Position numbers and translations under genes: made by a program. Source: Octopus vulgaris (Eukaryota). Taken from it: DNA of 64,000 nt. Location of the stretch: contig OX597822.1 in assembly GCA_951406725.2 (NCBI GenBank), positions 85,436,001-85,500,000 on the forward strand, given 5' to 3'. The notes below the pieces were generated by a model, which saw only the letters and a program-made list of their open reading frames with translations, was not told the origin of the DNA and did no database searches. Below are positions 63,658-64,000 of this stretch, in pieces (within the stretch, counting starts at the first letter, position 1; each line of letters starts with the position of its first letter).

Positions 63658-63795
63658 CATAGACAGATAGCTACATGTATACATACATACATACATATAT
63701 ACTTACATAGACAGACAGATATAGGCATAAATTTATAGATATATATATATATAAGCACACACACATACACACGCATACACACACAGATATATGTA

Positions 63796-63841
<46 letters not shown>

Positions 63842-64000
63842 TAAATATATATACGAGTATACATATATCTATTCTTATATATCTCTCTCTATATATATAT
63901 CTGTTTAAAAAGTATATAAATATAACACACACATACGTGTGTGTGTGTGCATGTTTGTATATAAATATATGTATGTATATTTGCATGTATATAGCCGTGT
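62518..64000. repeat. Compound (TA)/(TATG)/(GA)/(GATA) microsatellite block
   Basis: Visible directly, with a unique spacer at about 63030-63390. Confidence 0.88.

Overview
AT-rich eukaryotic non-coding DNA with an extreme load of microsatellites [(CA)n, (TA)n, (TACA)n, (GATA)n, (TAA)n, (CAT)n]. The tRNA-derived SINE families and the repeat style point to an octopod cephalopod (Octopus-like); this is an inference. There is no intact protein-coding ORF: nearly all ORF-track entries are microsatellite artefacts and the recognisable remainder are decayed transposon ORFs. Elements recognised: a FLYWCH/MULE DNA transposon (5.2-7.1 kb), several Penelope-like element (PLE) remnants (RT and GIY-YIG), R4/Dong-type and L1/Tx1-type LINE remnants, an RTE 5' remnant, Tigger-like and hAT MITEs, a long-TIR element and many SINEs. 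Host-like signals are a CpG-rich YY1/ETS/GC-box promoter with a strong minus-strand 5' splice donor (about 28.07-28.6 kb), a four-E-box cluster (36 kb), a consensus CTCF site (37.93 kb), other enhancer-like islands and one candidate small exon (48.8 kb). The most notable hidden signal is a set of five type I hammerhead ribozyme motifs in four sequence types. They lie in short PLE-terminus-like segments next to (TA)n tracts. They include a U3-A8 covariant core and a co-oriented pair 244 nt apart that share a self-complementary helix III, so the two could fold as a double hammerhead. All structures were paired by eye; no searches or folding programs were run.
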